Assembly (NCBI GenBank): GCA_030704615.1
Contig: CM060733.1
Span: 70,928,001-70,992,000 of the forward strand
Direction: 5' to 3'
Length of the DNA: 64,000 bases
From: Takakia lepidozioides
Taxonomy: Eukaryota > Plantae > Bryophyta
The position numbers and the translations under genes were made by a program. The notes below the pieces were generated by a model that worked only from the letters and a program-made list of their open reading frames with translations, was not told the DNA's origin and did not search any database. This document shows positions 15,384-26,756 of this stretch, piece by piece (the first letter of the stretch is position 1; each line of letters begins with the position of its first letter).

Positions 15384-18089
15384 GGAGGAGCCAAGCACAC
15401 CGCGGCACTCCTGAAGAATTTCTGGCCCAAACTGAGGGAGGAGGCCGAGGAGTATGTCAAGACATGCACCACATGCCAACAAAACCGGAGCGAGTACAAA
15501 AAGCAAGCGGGGCTGTTACAACCCTTGTCGATTCCAGAGGGGTCTTGGGAAAGTGTCTCGATGGACTTCATGACTGCTATGCCGCTGTCAAAAGGATTCG
15601 ACGCAATCATAGTGGTGGTGGATAGATTTACTAAAATGGGTCATTTCATCCCCACCATGGAGACGGCAACGGCGCAGGAGACGGGGCGACCTTATTTCGC
15701 TCACGTCTTCAAGCATCATGGACTCCCGAAGGATATTGTCTCGGACCGCGATCCAAAGTTTATTAGTAAATTTTAGAGGGTACTTTAGAAGAAAATGGGG
15801 ACGAGGCTCAAAATGAGCACCGCCTTCCGACCTACGACGGACGGCCAAACGGAAAAGGTGAATTCCGTGGTGAAGCAGATCTTGCGGAATTACGTGTCGG
15901 CAGACCAATCGGACTGGGTGGAGTACTTGGATGCGACAAAGTTCTGTTAGAATAACACAAAACATTCCGCAACATGAGTTTCCCCTTTCGTATTGGTCTA
16001 TGGAAAAACACCTTTGGTGCCGACAAGTTGGGCCGCCCAAAACGTTGAGGAACCAGCAGCAGCGGCAGTGCTGGAAGAACGCGAGCGTTTGTTGAAGCTC
16101 ACAAAGTACAACATTGTCAAAGCTAGGAAACGGTATGAACGGCAGGCGAATCGGAAGCGGAGGGAGCTTAAGTTTGAGGTAGGCACAGAGGTCTGGTTGA
16201 ATATCAAAAAAATTCGACTACCTTCGGAAGTGAGTCCGAAGTTTGTACCTCCGTATGCTGGACCCTTTCGCATCCGAAAGGTTATGAATGAGGATGTGTA
16301 TGAATTGGAGCTGCCGGCAAACAGCAAGGTGCATCCGGTATTCCACGTCTCCTTTTTGAAGCCTTACTTCAAAGATGAAGCGCGTCCGAATCGGCCTCAA
16401 GAGTTGCATCCGCCACCTGTGCTGTTGGATCATGAAAAAAAACCTGAGTACGAGGTGGAGGCAGTGCTTAAGTCGAGGAGGTTCAAGAATCGAGAAACGG
16501 AGTATCTCGTGAAATGGAAGGGCTATCATCATGTGGAGGCATCTTGGGTGCGTGCCTCAGAAATGAGAAACGCATCCGAGGCGGTTGCAGCTTTCGAAGG
16601 GCGACCTCAAAAGCGGAAGAAGCGTAGATGGGGACATCAACCTTAGAGCATGAGGGAGGAAATGCATGCTTAGCCCGGCTTAGCTAGCTCAGGAATCCAA
16701 TTGCAAAAACTTGTATTGTACAAATTTTGTTATAAAAGTAATGGTTTCCAAATGTTGTGCGTCCTATTTTGTTTGGAATGGTGATGCATGGTATGGTTAG
16801 CTAGTGTGTAGAATGCATGCTAAGCTTACAAAGTGGGAGAGGTAAATTGGATTAATCGTGTGTTTGTGTAGTGCCGAAATCGGGTGACTCCCACCCAAGG
16901 GGCAAAGAAACTTGCACCTTCGTTGGGAGTTCACGTGCTAGTGCGCATCTGGCGCGTGCGCGCACTATAACTGCGCTACCGAGGGGATTGCCTTGTAGTG
17001 CCGGCTAACGCAGAAGCTACGTGCTTCCGTCACGTACTATAATCGTGTAGCCTCGGGACGAAGTCGTAGTGCGGCTTCGGCGTGTTCCCGTACTTCAGGC
17101 TAGCATTCCAAAGCGGACCCAATTGTAGTGATTGAGGCGCACGGTTGGTTCAAGGTTATCTTCCTAGTCAAAAAAAAGGTTCGAGGTGAACCCTTGCTCA
17201 AGGTGATGCCAAAAACGACATCGCGAGCGGTCGCAAGCAAATGTTGTTGCAGTAAGGCGATTCGATCCTCGGGGAGGATCATTCCTTGGCCCTGAAGTGG
17301 GTCAAGAAGAGTGCACTGGGAGGAGCTTGAGAGGCTCCACCCTTTGCCGGGACTTGAAGGAAGTCGGCCGAACTAGCTAGTGGAGAGAAGAGTCAAGTGG
17401 GGGTTTGGTTCTTAGCCATGGGACGCCATGGTGCGGAAACAAACTCCTTGATGTGGGACGCCACAACTTGGATGTTCATTTCTACAAAATGGACAAGTCG
17501 ATGAGGACATCGACTCCCTGTTGGTAGGGATGTGTGTCGCGGCCCTTTGCCTTGAGGGCAGGGAGTTGGGACGCAGAGGGGTTGCCCCTGTGGTGGGGGC
17601 GGTGACGGCAATAGGTACGGGGGGCTAAAACAACCTCGAGTGCCCAAGGCACTCGAGGAGGCGGACCGTGGTGGGTGGGCCAAGACTCACCGCGACTCAT
17701 CACCGGGAATTGAGGGTTTTCGTGGTGGTTCGCCATAAAATGGTGGTGTTGTTTGTGAAACCCCCGCGGACAGTCACAGGAGTATATATAGGGAGTAGTA
17801 ACCCCGAGAACGGTGCAAGCCCGTTGGTGTCCAAAAACTAGTGAGGAAGCGTGCGAGCCGGAAAGCGACCAAGGTGTGGGGAGCTATGCCGGACTGCCAT
17901 CGACCAAAGGGAATTTCCACTAGGCCCGAATTGGGAGAGGGTCTTGTGGAGGAGTTAAGGGGGACCGTTATGCCCCGGTGAGCAGCCGAAGCTCCGAGTT
18001 GGCCCGGCGGCCAGTTTGGGAGTTAGGCGCACGCATCAAGCGAGTAACTATGACTTGAAGGGGAACTTACCGAAGTGAGGTGCGCGACA
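15384..18089 (+). mobile_element. 5'-truncated chromovirus (Ty3/Gypsy): integrase + chromodomain, long 3' UTR, 3' LTR 17535-18089
   Basis: IN motifs CTTCQQN, SMDF, SDRDPKF, DGQTE with several stops; GPF motif; chromodomain YEVEAVL..EYLVKWKGY..ASW. LTR TGTCGC...GCGACA, same family as 46746-53245, with an internal deletion. Confidence 0.92.
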
Positions 18090-18359
18090 CTATTGCTCCA
18101 GCAAGAGAGTATGAAGATAGGGTAGTGGGATGAGACCATAGGAGTGCTTGCGGTGGATGCATGTGCAGGTACAAGTTTACGTTAGAAACCTAGTATTCTA
18201 AACCGTAAGCTGCAACAGATTCTCTACCCGGTTACCTTGTGGAAATGGGGATTAGAGACAGGTTTACAACCGGCGTGGTTGTGAGTTTTCATCACGGATG
18301 TGCCACCAGTTGCTGAGGGGAGTGCCGGTACGAGCACCAACGATACTAATGGGTACACA

Positions 18360-19458
18360 TGACGAGGTGTGCGGTTTAGGCCACCTTCACCTTCGGTGTC
18401 TTCTGAGGAAAGTTCAGACTTGGAGTCAGGAGGATTCTCGTCGAGGGTGCAATTCATTTCCGTACCATTGTTGTGGGACATGATGGAGGAGATGTATAGA
18501 GATACCAAGGGGCCACGTAGGTACTCTGGAGCTGTGGGCACCATCGAGCTTTATGACTTCATACAAGAGTTTGACAGTTGGTGTGATTTGCAGCAGATAC
18601 GCAATCCACAACTATTTACGCCCTTTGTGGCGTGGAATGGGCTATTACAGCACCTTGAGGGGCCGCCTATGGATGATCACCATGAATTTAGGCGGGGACA
18701 TGTGGTGGAGATTGAGGAGTGGCGACAGTATTGGCCACCTAATTACATCTCCATCACTAGAGGCACAATGGCAGCGAACAGCTACACCGTTAGCTTCTGC
18801 AAGCAGCAGTGGGACGAGCGGTATAGGATCAGCTGGGACTTCCACCTAAGCCCCTGCTGCACCAACACTAGCACCCGTGCCTGCCTTTAACCCAGTTGTG
18901 GAGTTCTTCGAGGAATTGAGGAGGAACTACCAATGAGTGAAGACAGAGAAGTTGCAGAGCTTGCAAGAGTTCCAACGCAACCTACTGAGAGTTTGAGGGA
19001 GGCTTACACTCGCATAAGGCGCTTGATAAGTGTAACCCAAGGGGTTACGGAAGCTCAGGCAGTCCAATTCTGGTATGGGATATAGGATAAGGAGCTGAGG
19101 AGAAGGGCGCGGGATGCAACTCTCCCACAAGTTGCCCAACCCACCCTAGCAAATGTGTTTTTGCTAGCAGAATAGATAGAGCTCAACATGGTGGAGGAGC
19201 GAGTGGTTATAGTGGGATTTGGCAAGGAGACACAACAAAATGGGGCTCCTAGCCAACAACAACCAACTCCCAACGTGTTCAAGGCAACAAAAGGGTTCAG
19301 ACAAAACCCAGGGAAGGTCAGAGAGGATCTCAGATGCAGAGGTCTCTTCCTTTATTCTCAGGCCATGAACAACAGATGAGTGTGTCATGTTGGGATTGTG
19401 GAGGACCACATGTGAAGAAGAATTGCCCAGAGAGAGGCAAAGGGTCGGCACAGACACA
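18360..19458 (+). pseudogene. degenerate gag of the same family as the DNMT/PHD retrotransposon
   Basis: WYGI.DKELRRR.RDATL...QPTLA.VFLLAE.IELNMVEERVV..GFGK and the CWDCGGPHVKKNCPE knuckle match 1-370. Several stops and frameshifts; cut by a CACTA end at 19459. Confidence 0.85.
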
Positions 19459-20190
19459 CACTACAGGAAAAGGGGGGGGGGTTAGTGACGCTGCGGCAAC
19501 AGTGCGGCCATGCCGCGGCGTCACTAAACGCCACTTGTTGGGCAAGGGCGGGGGGGCCTTTTTGCGATGCTCGGGTGTGGCACAACTGTCCCCAGGGCCT
19601 CACTAGTATAACGTCGCATAAATGCGACGGATGGGGGTTGCAAGCCGTTGCCCCCCTCCAGTGACGCCCCGACGTGGCATCTTGGCGATCCAGGGTGCTG
19701 GCAGGGGCTTCCTTCTATCCACGCTCGGCAGTCGCTACCCTCCCGGCGACGGCGTTGGCTAGGGCGACTGCTCGGCGTCGCACCACATTTTTTTCTCTCC
19801 ATGCCCGGGCGTCGCATACTAAAAAAACACCACGTGGTGGAGGGGGGGTGTTAGGCTCAGCCACGTGGTGGCGTCGCGGCTAGCCACCCCCGGGTGTCGC
19901 AAGGGGAAACCCCATCGTAGCTGAAGAGTCACCCACTGCGACGCCGGGGCGTGGGTACTTGCGACGCCCGGGGGTGGCTAGGTGTTTTTTTTTACAAAAA
20001 ACACTGGGAAGGTGTTGCTACTGCGTTGGTGCTAGTGATGCCCGGCCATCGCTGGTTGCGACCCCCACCCGCGGCAAGCCAAAAAAAACCCGTCGCAAGG
20101 GCGCTGGTCCAGGCGACGCCCTGCTGTGGCATTCTGGGTGGGGGCGGGGGGGGGGGGGGGTTGGGGGTTCATTTTGGGGGGTGAATTGGG
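19459..20190. mobile_element. CACTA (En/Spm) terminus with subterminal repeats
   Basis: Begins CACTACAGGAAAA exactly where gag homology stops; dense GCGACG/CGTCGC repeats in both orientations; no partner end found. Confidence 0.7.
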
Positions 20191-23100
20191 GGTGTTGTGT
20201 ATACCGTTGTGTGTATGACCCATGAGGGCAATGTCCCTGTTGAAATTGCCTGCTAGAATATAGTGCTGGGAGTGGATGGAGGATTGGGTTAGTGTGTTAG
20301 AGATCGTGAGTAGAATATCAGGGATCAGGGGGAGATCTTTGGCATGTGAGGGCATGTACAAGTGTATAAGGATAATGGGGGGGAGCACGGGGAGGTGTAG
20401 TTTGATGATTTGAAGGTGTGATCGGAGGGGGAGAGCGACAAGAATTTTGACCGTGGTGCTAGGGGAGTGATATGTGCGGAGGATACCAAAAGCCACCCCG
20501 CCCCGGGTAGGATGGTATGGCGCGGAGCGTCTAGTTAGGCACTGTGCGGCTGTGAATGAGTTACCATACAGCATATAGTAAGGCTGGAAGGAGTTTGTTG
20601 ATATGGGAACTATTGGGGTTGTGTGTGTTGAGTTTAGTTTCTTGTAATAGGATGATATGCGGGGGTGTAGAATCCGTGAGATGGATAAGGCTTTGAATGC
20701 TGGTGGCAAGTGATCCTACATTCCTGCAAATAAGTATATTGAGTGCGTGTGCTTGCTGGGAGGAGGAGGTGTGTGGGGAACTGTGGGATCTAGGGGTTGT
20801 TGGAGGTGGGTCATTGGTGGAGCTGGGCATGCATGATGGGGTGGTGGATGGCGGTGTCATGGACGGGGGTTGACATCCAGGGATGCCAGTCTTGGCATGA
20901 AGGGTTGCAATGAGAATTTTTTTGGAGAGGAATGGGAATTTGTTGGCGATAGTATTTAGCTCGTGTATGGTTGTAGTTGGGTGTGCCAGGTGTTCGTCGA
21001 GAATCCTATGGATTTCTCCGGGCTTGGATTGTAGTAGACCGAGAGATTCGTGGAGGTTGTGTAGGTAGTGTGGGGGTGCTAGATATCTATGAGGTAGTGT
21101 GGGTAAATCATGCAGTTGTTGTAGTAGTGAACAAATGTGTGTGTCTGGTTGGGTTCGAAAGTAGTCGTTGCATATGGAGGGTATTGGGGAGATGATGGTG
21201 ATTAGTGAGAAAATGAGGTGTTGTATGGGGTATGTGCTAAGTTTATGGGTGGCACTGACTAGGGATGGGTGTTGGCACGCAGGGAGCCCAAAGGTGGCAA
21301 TTGGGTGTGTAGGTTTGCAGTTATTGGTGGAAGGGTTGGGGAGAAAGGGAGAGAAGTGGCCACTAAGGTGTTGATATGCAGGTACTAGTGAGACAGTGTC
21401 TGTTTGGAAATATAGTGCAGATCTGTCTTTATGGTCTTTTGAAAGCTTGTTGATGATGCTAGTGATGGTAGAGGGGCCTGGGTTTGGGTGGATGTCGCCG
21501 CAGCGTAGTAGTATAAGCGTTTCACAGGCAAGTTTATAGGACTTAAAGTAGGACGGTGGATGGTGAGAGGAATGTTTAGATGCGAGAGGTTTCTGGTGAT
21601 ATCTCCCATGTGGGCAGTGGGTTATAAGTTGGATTTTGAGGGAACGGGGGGTAGGGGTGCGTGGGGGATAGCTGTTAAAAAGGTGTATGAGGGGAATGGA
21701 TTTGGTGGTAGCGTAGTGGGTACGAGTGGAGCTGGTTGCTTGTGTGTGCGTGGGGGTTGTATATTGAGCGTGGGTATTCGTAGGTTTAAACGTAGGCCAT
21801 AGTTGTAGGGTAGGTATATTGATATAGGCATACCATGTTTTTTAGTGTAAAGGAGTGTTGAATTGGGATGTGGGTGCCAATAGGGGGTGGAGGGATTTGT
21901 GTTGGTGCTGGTAGCATGGGATGTATAGATGGTGTTGTTCTATTTACGCATGGTCTATAGTGAAATGAAATTTGTGGGGTGTGTCGAATGGAACATGGAT
22001 GATATGTTACCGCAATGCAATGAATAATTGACTGACAATGGTAGTAATCATTGAGTAAAATCATGGAGTAATAGTCACTGAGTAAAATCATGGAGTAGAA
22101 GTGGATCATTGCATGAGAACAGAGCGTAAAGATCATGGTGTAAAATTGTTTTGAGTGAGAACAGATCATGGGGTAAAATCATGGTGTAAAATTGTGTAGT
22201 TGTGTAAAAGTGTGTGGGGAGAGTAACAAGTGTGGAAAGTTGATTGAAAAAGATAGAGCCAGTATGTCCAAGTAGCTTGTATAGAGGAGGATGGGAGCGC
22301 TGGGTGCTCCTCGCTTGGAAGAGAGCCTGTAAGAAATAGATGCGGGTTAGAGCAATGAACAGATAGTGTGGAGTGTATACTTGGGGTTACACCATATGAT
22401 GAGGTCATGTCATACAAATGAAAGGAGGGGGACATACTGAGCAGATCGTGTCTAGCGCTGAAATAGCATTGGAAACTAGTTTGAGAGCAGATAGTGGAAT
22501 TGTGGGAAGGCCGAGTATAATAATGCAGAGGTGGGTAAGATCTGCTAGAACCATGAGACCATTTACATTGGGTGATGTGGAAAGCAGAAAACTTGGTAGG
22601 TAGCAGATGTGTGTTGAAATCAGGAGCCCATAGACTTGAAAGGGGATCATGCAGAATAGAGGGAAGTGGTGCGAGTAAGGGAGATGTGGATGAGACGAGG
22701 TGGTTACCTGTGTTGAATTTGTGCTTCAGATGGTAGAAATTGAGAGGACTTGTACCTGAAAGAGTAGGGCAGGGTACCATGGATGGTGGCTGGCAACGGG
22801 CAGGTGGTCGAGAGTGCTGGACTTGGGCAGCGAAGCGCTTTAGGTGTATGCGTGGCTGATCCAACTCGGTAGTGAGGTGCCACTTAAGATCGGGGATCCA
22901 TCTGTGGCATAGTAACTGTGCATCAGAATATGATGAAACTTCATTGTAAGTAGAGCCGAATCTATTAAACAATGAGAAGGAAGAGAAAAACCAAGATTGG
23001 GGGGAAGGGTGAGTGTGCTCCCAAAGAATAAGAAGATAGTGATCTGATTGAGGACGGAGATTGAGCCACCACTGTTGCCATTGCCATGGCACCTGAGTGG

Positions 23101-23430
23101 AAATGTTGGCAGCAGTGTTACGGGGCATGAAGTCACCGCCACGGTTGTGGAATCAGCTGAGAAGGGTTGGCCAGTCCAGCAACCTTAGCCAGTCCATCAT
23201 AATTCTCATTTCCTTGACGTTGTGGTGCGCACACCACTGCGGTGCAGGGATGGTGGCCGGGATCTTCTGATTGCGTGTTGGCATGTAGGGGGGGAGAAGC
23301 CTTTGGGGGCAGTATAAGCGCAGCTCCATGTCACAAAGTAGAGGCAGATATATGGTCTTACCCGTCATGAGCAGGGTATGTCCGAACTTGTTGAGCGTAG
23401 AGGGCCTCAGCCCTATGGGTGCCGCTGCTT
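20190..23430 (-). mobile_element. LINE fragment: degenerate ORF1-like region and APE endonuclease; RT missing
   Basis: ILICRNVGSL, IILLQETKL, GGVAFGI, HLYMP and ILAGNFN motifs at ~20240-20740; A/C-rich coding strand. The upstream boundary is approximate. Confidence 0.7.
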
Positions 23431-24265
23431 CCCCCATCATTTGATCATAGGTCTCCAAGGCCTCCATACCATGTCCCTGCCATGCAAAACCTGCAAGCAT
23501 CGCATTCCACGACACCACATCTCGTTCAGCCATAGTGTCGAACACTCATTTTGCATCCTCGATAAACCCACATTTTGCATACATGTCCACTAGGGTATTG
23601 TTCAGAATGACAATTGGTACAATTCCAGCTCTGAAGATGTCGCCATGGATCTCTTTGCCCTTTTCTAGAGCTGCCAGGGCCGTCTGCAGAATGACATTTG
23701 GTACAACTCCAGCTTTAATGATGTCATCATGCACATATTTGCGCTTTTCTAGGGCTGCCAGGCTTGCACAAGAAACGCAAACAAATGTGATCCGATCTGG
23801 CTTCAACCCTTCCTGCAGCACTTGCTCATAGGTCTCCAAAGCCTCCAGCCCACACCCATGCTGGTCTACACTCCCACATTTGTCATACATGTCAACAACG
23901 GCAGACTTCAGAATAATATCCGCCACAATTCCAGCTTGAATGATGATGTCAGCATGGACCTCTTTGCCCTTCACCAGGGCTGCCAGACTGGCATATGCAT
24001 TGGAATGCAAAGGAAGGTAGCCTTGTCAGGAATCACCCCTTGTCAGATCATCTGCTCATCGATGTTCAGATCAGCCCCCCTCCCAAAGCCATGCTGTTCC
24101 TTAACGTTGTAAACCTTAGTCACATTCTTGATTTCATCAAACACTTGACAAGCATCCTTAAGGCTCCCACAGTTGGAGTACATGTCGGCAGGGGCTGTCT
24201 CCAGCATGATGTCGGCCACAATTTCAGCTCTGATGATGTCAAGATGGACCTGAGTTGCTGCGTGC
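23430..24265 (-). pseudogene. PLS-class pentatricopeptide repeat gene fragment
   Basis: Repeated motifs LVDMYAKCG, RDVVSWNAML, EALETY, GLKPDRITFV, GKEIH; stops and internal deletions. Confidence 0.85.
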
Positions 24266-24929
24266 CTTTGAGGTATGTTTGGCAGGTTCTGCTTAACAGA
24301 GAAGATCAACACGAATTCATGGAGCCATCTGTGGCATAGCAGCTGGGAATCGAAGAATAATGATAGAGCCTTATATGCAATGTGGAATCTATGTAACACG
24401 GGAAGAGAGGGGGGTGTCCGAGGATGGGGAGAGGGGGGAGTGTGCTCCCTAATGCCTGCCCCATAGGTTGCTGTTTCTTCAATTGTCATTGGGATGTCCC
24501 TCTGCAGCTCCCACTTATTGACGAGAGACATACCGAGATGCTGCAATTTGCCCTGCCAGCCAGCATTAAGAAATTTTCCCTGGCAGATTGAGAAGTAGGC
24601 TTTGAAGGTCTCCTGCCACCTATTTGCCTCGCTACGGTAGTCTTCAGCTTCTGCCAGTTGTGGGAAACCACATATGTCTTGAGATAGATGACCAGCTTGC
24701 AAAGTAGGGTAGCTGGAAAATGAATCTCTCATTGACGAATTTGGTTCTGGGAGCAGATTGTAAAGCATAATGGGCTTGGAATACATTGACTGGAGCATCC
24801 TTGAGCTGTGGGATGTTGAACGAGTCAGGTCCAATCAAAATGCTCGTCCATCAGCTGCAGTACGTAGGAGGGTTCCTTGCTGCGAATTGTCGTAAGCAAG
24901 CCCTGCTTCAACGAGGCGATCTCCCTTCA

Positions 24930-25100
24930 TCTCGACCGTAGCACTCCATGAGATCACATTTGTGTGAGCCATATTATCAGACCCTTGATGTGCAGCCTTC
25001 ATACTTCCACACTTTACATACATGTCAGCAAGGGCGGTCTCGAGAATGACATCTTGAGCGATTCCAGCTTTCAGGATGCAGGCATGGACCCCGCTGTTCA
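24930..25100 (-). pseudogene. second PLS-PPR fragment
   Basis: VHACILKAGIAQDVILETALADMYVKCGSMKAA..NVISWSA. Confidence 0.75.
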
Positions 25101-25439
25101 TTGCATTACCACGTCGTACAACCTTGTACCAGGAGCCACCCTCTCCAGTAGTGCACAAGTGCAAGGCAGCCCTTTGAGATGCGGGATGAGAGGTCCCAGC
25201 CATGATCGTGGACTTAGAAGAGATTGGGGGGGGCACTCTCGTTATGAGCACGAGTAACTAGAGTGCTTATAACGCACTTGCAAGCCTTAGCTGTTACCAT
25301 ATGAGAAGACACAGTGTGGGGGTTGAAAGGGGGATTGTTACCGGGGGTAGCAGGGTTGAGGTCATGATCACGAGAGGCAGAGTTGGTGGCGGGTTGCCGT
25401 TGGGGGTATTGAAGTAGTAGCACCATCCCGTTGCAGCCA

Positions 25440-26733
25440 TGAGACAGATTGGCAATACTTGGTGTCCAAGGAAGGCCCCGGGATCAACATGCCCTACTAC
25501 ACCCTGTGCACAGCGGAAAAATCTTTTATCCAGGGATGTACCTCAGATCTCTCTCCTCGTGGCTGATCTTCTTCCTGTACCAATTCCCTTAATCTTTCTT
25601 GTAAAGAATAAGGAGTGGCATCCAACTCTAGTTCTTCCGGTATGGGTGATGTACTCTCTGATCTTAATGGTGTGAGAGGTCCAGATGATTCCCCTATGTC
25701 TATTCCTCTCTCCCAAAGATATGGATAATTAGCTTCCAGATAACTTTCTCTTTTTGCTGAATATCTCTGGAGTCTAGCTTCTCTTTCATCACTCATGTCC
25801 TATGTCTTTCATATCTTTAATGAGGCAATAACCAAAACTCTCTCCTGTAGTATCTCTCGTATATGCCCGGATTTCTTTCAAGCTTCAATGCACCCTTGGC
25901 TATACTAGAGGTCTCTGTTACCATATATCCATATGGCAAGCACGTCTGAAAAGCTGTTTCTAGGTGTCAGTTTGATCCACAGGATATCCTTAGGAATCCA
26001 ATTCTTTACCAGTACAAGCTCTTCATGCATATGAGTGCAAACATTCACTTTCCTTTCCTCCCAGCCTTCAAACTCTACTCGCTTAATGGATAGCAATGCT
26101 ATCACATAAACCAGTGTAGGTAACCAACGTGCTCTCCCTCTATAGGCCACCCGATAAATCTTTATCACTCCTTTCTCCAAACCCCACTCAGGGTCAACAT
26201 CAAGCACTCTCTTAAGAATGTTTTCTTTACAACCGTCTAGCAATTCCAAGAACCTCTGAAAGAATTGTTTGGACAATCTTTCCTTCTCCGTTCGACAGGG
26301 AATTTGATTCACATCAAATTCTTTAATTCTCCAACCACCATGATCCCACCAGATGTCTGTCACATCTGGTTGTTCATGACCCAGTTCCCCAATATGGTCG
26401 CCAAATGTCGAGCGGCTTTTACTCACCCATCCCTTCGCTATCCGAGGTGGAAACTCCAAGATAGAAGAGTTGGAAATCTCTAAGCACTCAGCCCGCTCAG
26501 AACAATCAGTTATGACCTACAGTTAGTGAATCATGGTTGTTCTTCCTATTTGTATTTCTTCTTGCCTTCATGTTATCAATTTACCTTACTGTGTATACTG
26601 AAGCATCAGATTGCTTCAGTATCTATCAAGTTACATTTACTTTTCGATTCATTCCACAGCTTCACTCATGTCTCTTTACACAGTATGTTTGTATCGAATA
26701 AGTATCAGATTATGATTTATCAGGTATCAGGCC
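25440..26733 (-). mobile_element. 5' fragment of an LTR retrotransposon: LTR 3' part (26406-26733), PBS and unrecognised ORF(s)
   Basis: 26406-26733 is a reverse-complement homologue of 32068-32392. LTR end ...CGACA is followed by TT-TGGCGACCATATT. ORFs 25905-26400 and 25497-25796 follow. Confidence 0.7.
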
Positions 26734-26756
26734 AAAGACCCTCCATAGCTTCTCGT

